Below, one piece after another: positions 61,473-64,000 of a stretch of DNA of 64,000 nucleotides. The position numbers and the translations under genes are program-made. Source of the stretch: Candidatus Thorarchaeota archaeon (lineage in GTDB: Archaea; Asgardarchaeota; Thorarchaeia; Thorarchaeales; Thorarchaeaceae); the NCBI GenBank assembly GCA_016933575.1, contig JAFGAR010000151.1:1-64000 (forward strand), read 5' to 3'. A model generated the notes under the pieces. The model did no database searches, had not been told where the DNA came from, and saw nothing but the letters and a program-made list of their open reading frames with translations. Numbering within the stretch: position 1 is the stretch's first letter; every line of letters starts with the position of its first letter.

Positions 61473-64000
61473 TTGAAGCATGCAAGATTGCTATCCAGTA
61501 TAGTCCTTGTTATGTTTCTTGCAGGACTGCTCGCTATTCCTGTGGAGATTTCTACAGATTCAGCACGCCCACTTGAAACAACACCGACTCTAAATAACGA
61601 TAATGCAGGAATTCGTACTTCTGCAATACCCGCTGATCGAGAAATTCGAATTGCCCTTTTCGATCAACAGGATACTACATTACCATCTTATGATGATTCT
61701 GACAGCATTCTTAGTAATAACTACGAAGAACTAGAAACGCTCCTAGTCAATGCTGGTTTCAGTGTGACTAGATTGACTCTCAATGATATTCAGGAATATG
61801 AACTCCTGACAGCTGAATTCGATATTTTTCTCCTAGCTGACAGCCTTCCTAACTCGAATATCTCAAACCACATCAAATCTTTCTGGTTGGGTGGCGGGGC
61901 GATTCTCGGCCTTGACAGTGCGGCTGTCTACTTGAATTATGCAGGGATACTGCCAAGAGAGTCAAGTGGCTCGAGTGGATTTGAAACTTATTGGAGCTAT
62001 CAGTTGATGGATGTCTGTAATATCTCTGAACGACATCCTATCACGAAATCTTATAGTATTGGAGATGAACTAACGAACTATCTTGGCAATTGGACAGCTT
62101 ACAACTGGACTACATTACAGAGTACATCCATAGCAGATACACTTACTCGACTTGCGGTCGATGAAAGTAGTGTAAATCAAGTTCATGCCATTGGACACGA
62201 TCCAGTCGATATGGGGGGCAGGATAGTTCATCTAGGTACTCCAATAACTCCTTTGGGCGAGTCATGGAATCAATTGATTATCGATGCAATCTATTGGTTA
62301 TGTCCACAACCCAAGGCACGAATTGTCTTTGATTATACGCACAATCCCTACTACACTATTGATCCCTGGGACAATACTCCCGGAGCTTTCACAGGATACT
62401 ATGAAATCTGGCGAAATGACCTCGTGATGAGAGGGTACTTGGTAGACAAACTCTTTCCTTCACCTGAAGGAACCCTAACAGTTCAAAGATTATCCCCATA
62501 CCATCTTTTAGTTGAAGTTCTCCCTGATGAAAATTTTGCTTTTAATTTCACATCAGCAGAGGTTGCAGCTGTAGCTGATTGGGTCAACTCTGGAGGCGGT
62601 TTGTTGGTGTTGAGTGATAATTGGAGTGGATCCCTGATAACCCCTAATCAAATGCTTAATTATCTGCTCTCTCCGTATAATATAGAGATTTTTCAGTATG
62701 TATATGCAGGAGCTATTGTTGATGTCTACGATCAAGAATTCCATCCAACGACTGAGGGCTGTACACAGCTCTATATGCGCTATACAGGATTTATCAATTA
62801 TACATTGACTGGTTTTCCAATTTGGACTCAAGATGGAAACACGTACGTTGCGGGTGATACCTATGGAGAAGGCAGGATTATCCTGAGTTCAGATCTCAAT
62901 TACCTCGCGGATAATTATATCATGAATCAAGACAATAGAGATTTTGGAATAAACATGGTCAATTGGTTATCCGCGGGAGCGGCGAGAGTTCTGTATTATA
63001 CAACAGAACCAGAGAGTATCAATTACTATAGAAGTCCTGGGGCTAATGCTTTAAGAGATCTAGGTCTGAATTACTATCTCACTTACATCGATGATTTCAT
63101 GAACCTCTCATTGAACTCATACGATTGGGACTTAGTTGTCCTTGATGGTCCATATTATACCATGTATACCTATTATGATGATATGCTGGAATATGTTTTG
63201 AGTGGTGGCAAGCTCATAATGTCGGAGTACTTCGCAGCATCATTTTCAGATCATCCATTGTGGGCGGCTTTGGGTGTGAAGATACTCGAGACCATTGGCG
63301 ATAATCGGACACTTAGTATTTGGACTCCTGATCACCCAATCTTCAATATTCCTAATGATTATGGCTGCAGTGAATTTCTGAGTACGGTAGATTTCGGGGC
63401 AGAGGGAACTCTGATGGAGCCATATGCAAATGCAACAGCTCTGGTTGGAAATTCAACAGTACCTACAACAAACCAATCTGTGATTGTTCTAAGAAATGAT
63501 CATAAGACCATAATGAATGCGTTCCTGATCGACCAGTTCCAAGGAGACCTTGATGATTCGACTTACATGGATGCCTATGAGCTATGGCAAAACGAGATTA
63601 CCTATGTTATGTTCTATGATGATGCTCCAACCATCGACAATCCCTCTGATTTGGTCATGGAAGCAGGTTCTACGGGAAATGTTGTCACATGGAGTCCATC
63701 CAGTAGTAGACCTTTCTGGTATGAAATCATGATTGGCTCTTCAGTTATTCGAGCAGGAAGATGGCTCGGAAGTGCAGTTGCTTTTTCAGCTGATGATCTA
63801 GAGTATAGAGTAAATCCATATGAGATTGTCATATCGTTATGGGACGCATTCCGATACTCCATTTCTGATGTTGTTCTTGTGACTGTTGAGGATACTACAG
63901 CTCCAGACTTTACTCTGGTTGCAGATGATCTAACTTATGTGGTTGGAACAACAGGACATGTCCTTATCTGGGAAACCTCCGAGGTCAATCCTTCTTTCTT
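61473..64000 (+). CDS. Large secreted/surface protein, partial (runs off the window), with GATase-like/DUF4350-type domains and Ig-like repeats
   Basis: TTG start after GAGGTGGAG, signal peptide LLSSIVLVMFLAGLLAIP, ARIVFDYTHNP, WVNSGGGLLVLSD, then DDAPTIDNPSDLVMEAGSTGNVVTW. The frame is consistent to the window end; absent from the ORF track because there is no stop. Confidence 0.75.
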   Translation, partial: MKHARLLSSIVLVMFLAGLLAIPVEISTDSARPLETTPTLNNDNAGIRTSAIPADREIRIALFDQQDTTLPSYDDSDSILSNNYEELETLLVNAGFSVTRLTLNDIQEYELLTAEFDIFLLADSLPNSNISNHIKSFWLGGGAILGLDSAAVYLNYAGILPRESSGSSGFETYWSYQLMDVCNISERHPITKSYSIGDELTNYLGNWTAYNWTTLQSTSIADTLTRLAVDESSVNQVHAIGHDPVDMGGRIVHLGTPITPLGESWNQLIIDAIYWLCPQPKARIVFDYTHNPYYTIDPWDNTPGAFTGYYEIWRNDLVMRGYLVDKLFPSPEGTLTVQRLSPYHLLVEVLPDENFAFNFTSAEVAAVADWVNSGGGLLVLSDNWSGSLITPNQMLNYLLSPYNIEIFQYVYAGAIVDVYDQEFHPTTEGCTQLYMRYTGFINYTLTGFPIWTQDGNTYVAGDTYGEGRIILSSDLNYLADNYIMNQDNRDFGINMVNWLSAGAARVLYYTTEPESINYYRSPGANALRDLGLNYYLTYIDDFMNLSLNSYDWDLVVLDGPYYTMYTYYDDMLEYVLSGGKLIMSEYFAASFSDHPLWAALGVKILETIGDNRTLSIWTPDHPIFNIPNDYGCSEFLSTVDFGAEGTLMEPYANATALVGNSTVPTTNQSVIVLRNDHKTIMNAFLIDQFQGDLDDSTYMDAYELWQNEITYVMFYDDAPTIDNPSDLVMEAGSTGNVVTWSPSSSRPFWYEIMIGSSVIRAGRWLGSAVAFSADDLEYRVNPYEIVISLWDAFRYSISDVVLVTVEDTTAPDFTLVADDLTYVVGTTGHVLIWETSEVNPSF

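Noticed and set aside
1-64000. CRISPR arrays, rRNA/tRNA genes, transposases, integrases
   Set aside because: None recognised by eye; no regular repeat-spacer periodicity and no DDE or tyrosine-recombinase motifs.

Overview
Gene-dense archaeal chromosomal segment, inferred to be from an Asgard archaeon, probably Thorarchaeia. The archaeal markers are a thermosome, S17e, ATP-dependent ligase, the HMGS/thiolase/DUF35 cluster and an archaeal-type DPCK. The Asgard-like markers are longin-type cytoplasmic domains and large N-glycosylated surface proteins. Housekeeping and metabolic genes include NfnAB, NnrE/D, a PPAT-DPCK fusion, TrxB, KorAB-FumC-SdhAB, QueD-FolE2/MptA and MetRS. The most unusual items are: (1) a tight operon of a catalytically dead classic-AAA protein, an SMC with SMC5/6-type rather than condensin-type motifs, and a ScpA-like kleisin, divergent from a MoxR/VWA-metallopeptidase pair; (2) two tandem giant receptor-like proteins (extracellular beta-rich region, one TM helix, cytoplasmic longin-like domain), one broken by a 1-nt frameshift and one by an in-frame TAG; (3) two minimal serpin-fold paralogs with non-canonical hinges, with a duplicated ~140-bp non-coding element and a nearby unannotated 46-aa ORF carrying a structured 3' region; (4) several other pseudo-enzymes and a long structured leader upstream of the mevalonate operon. 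No rRNA, tRNA, CRISPR array or transposase was recognised. All family calls come from motif recognition by eye, not database searches.
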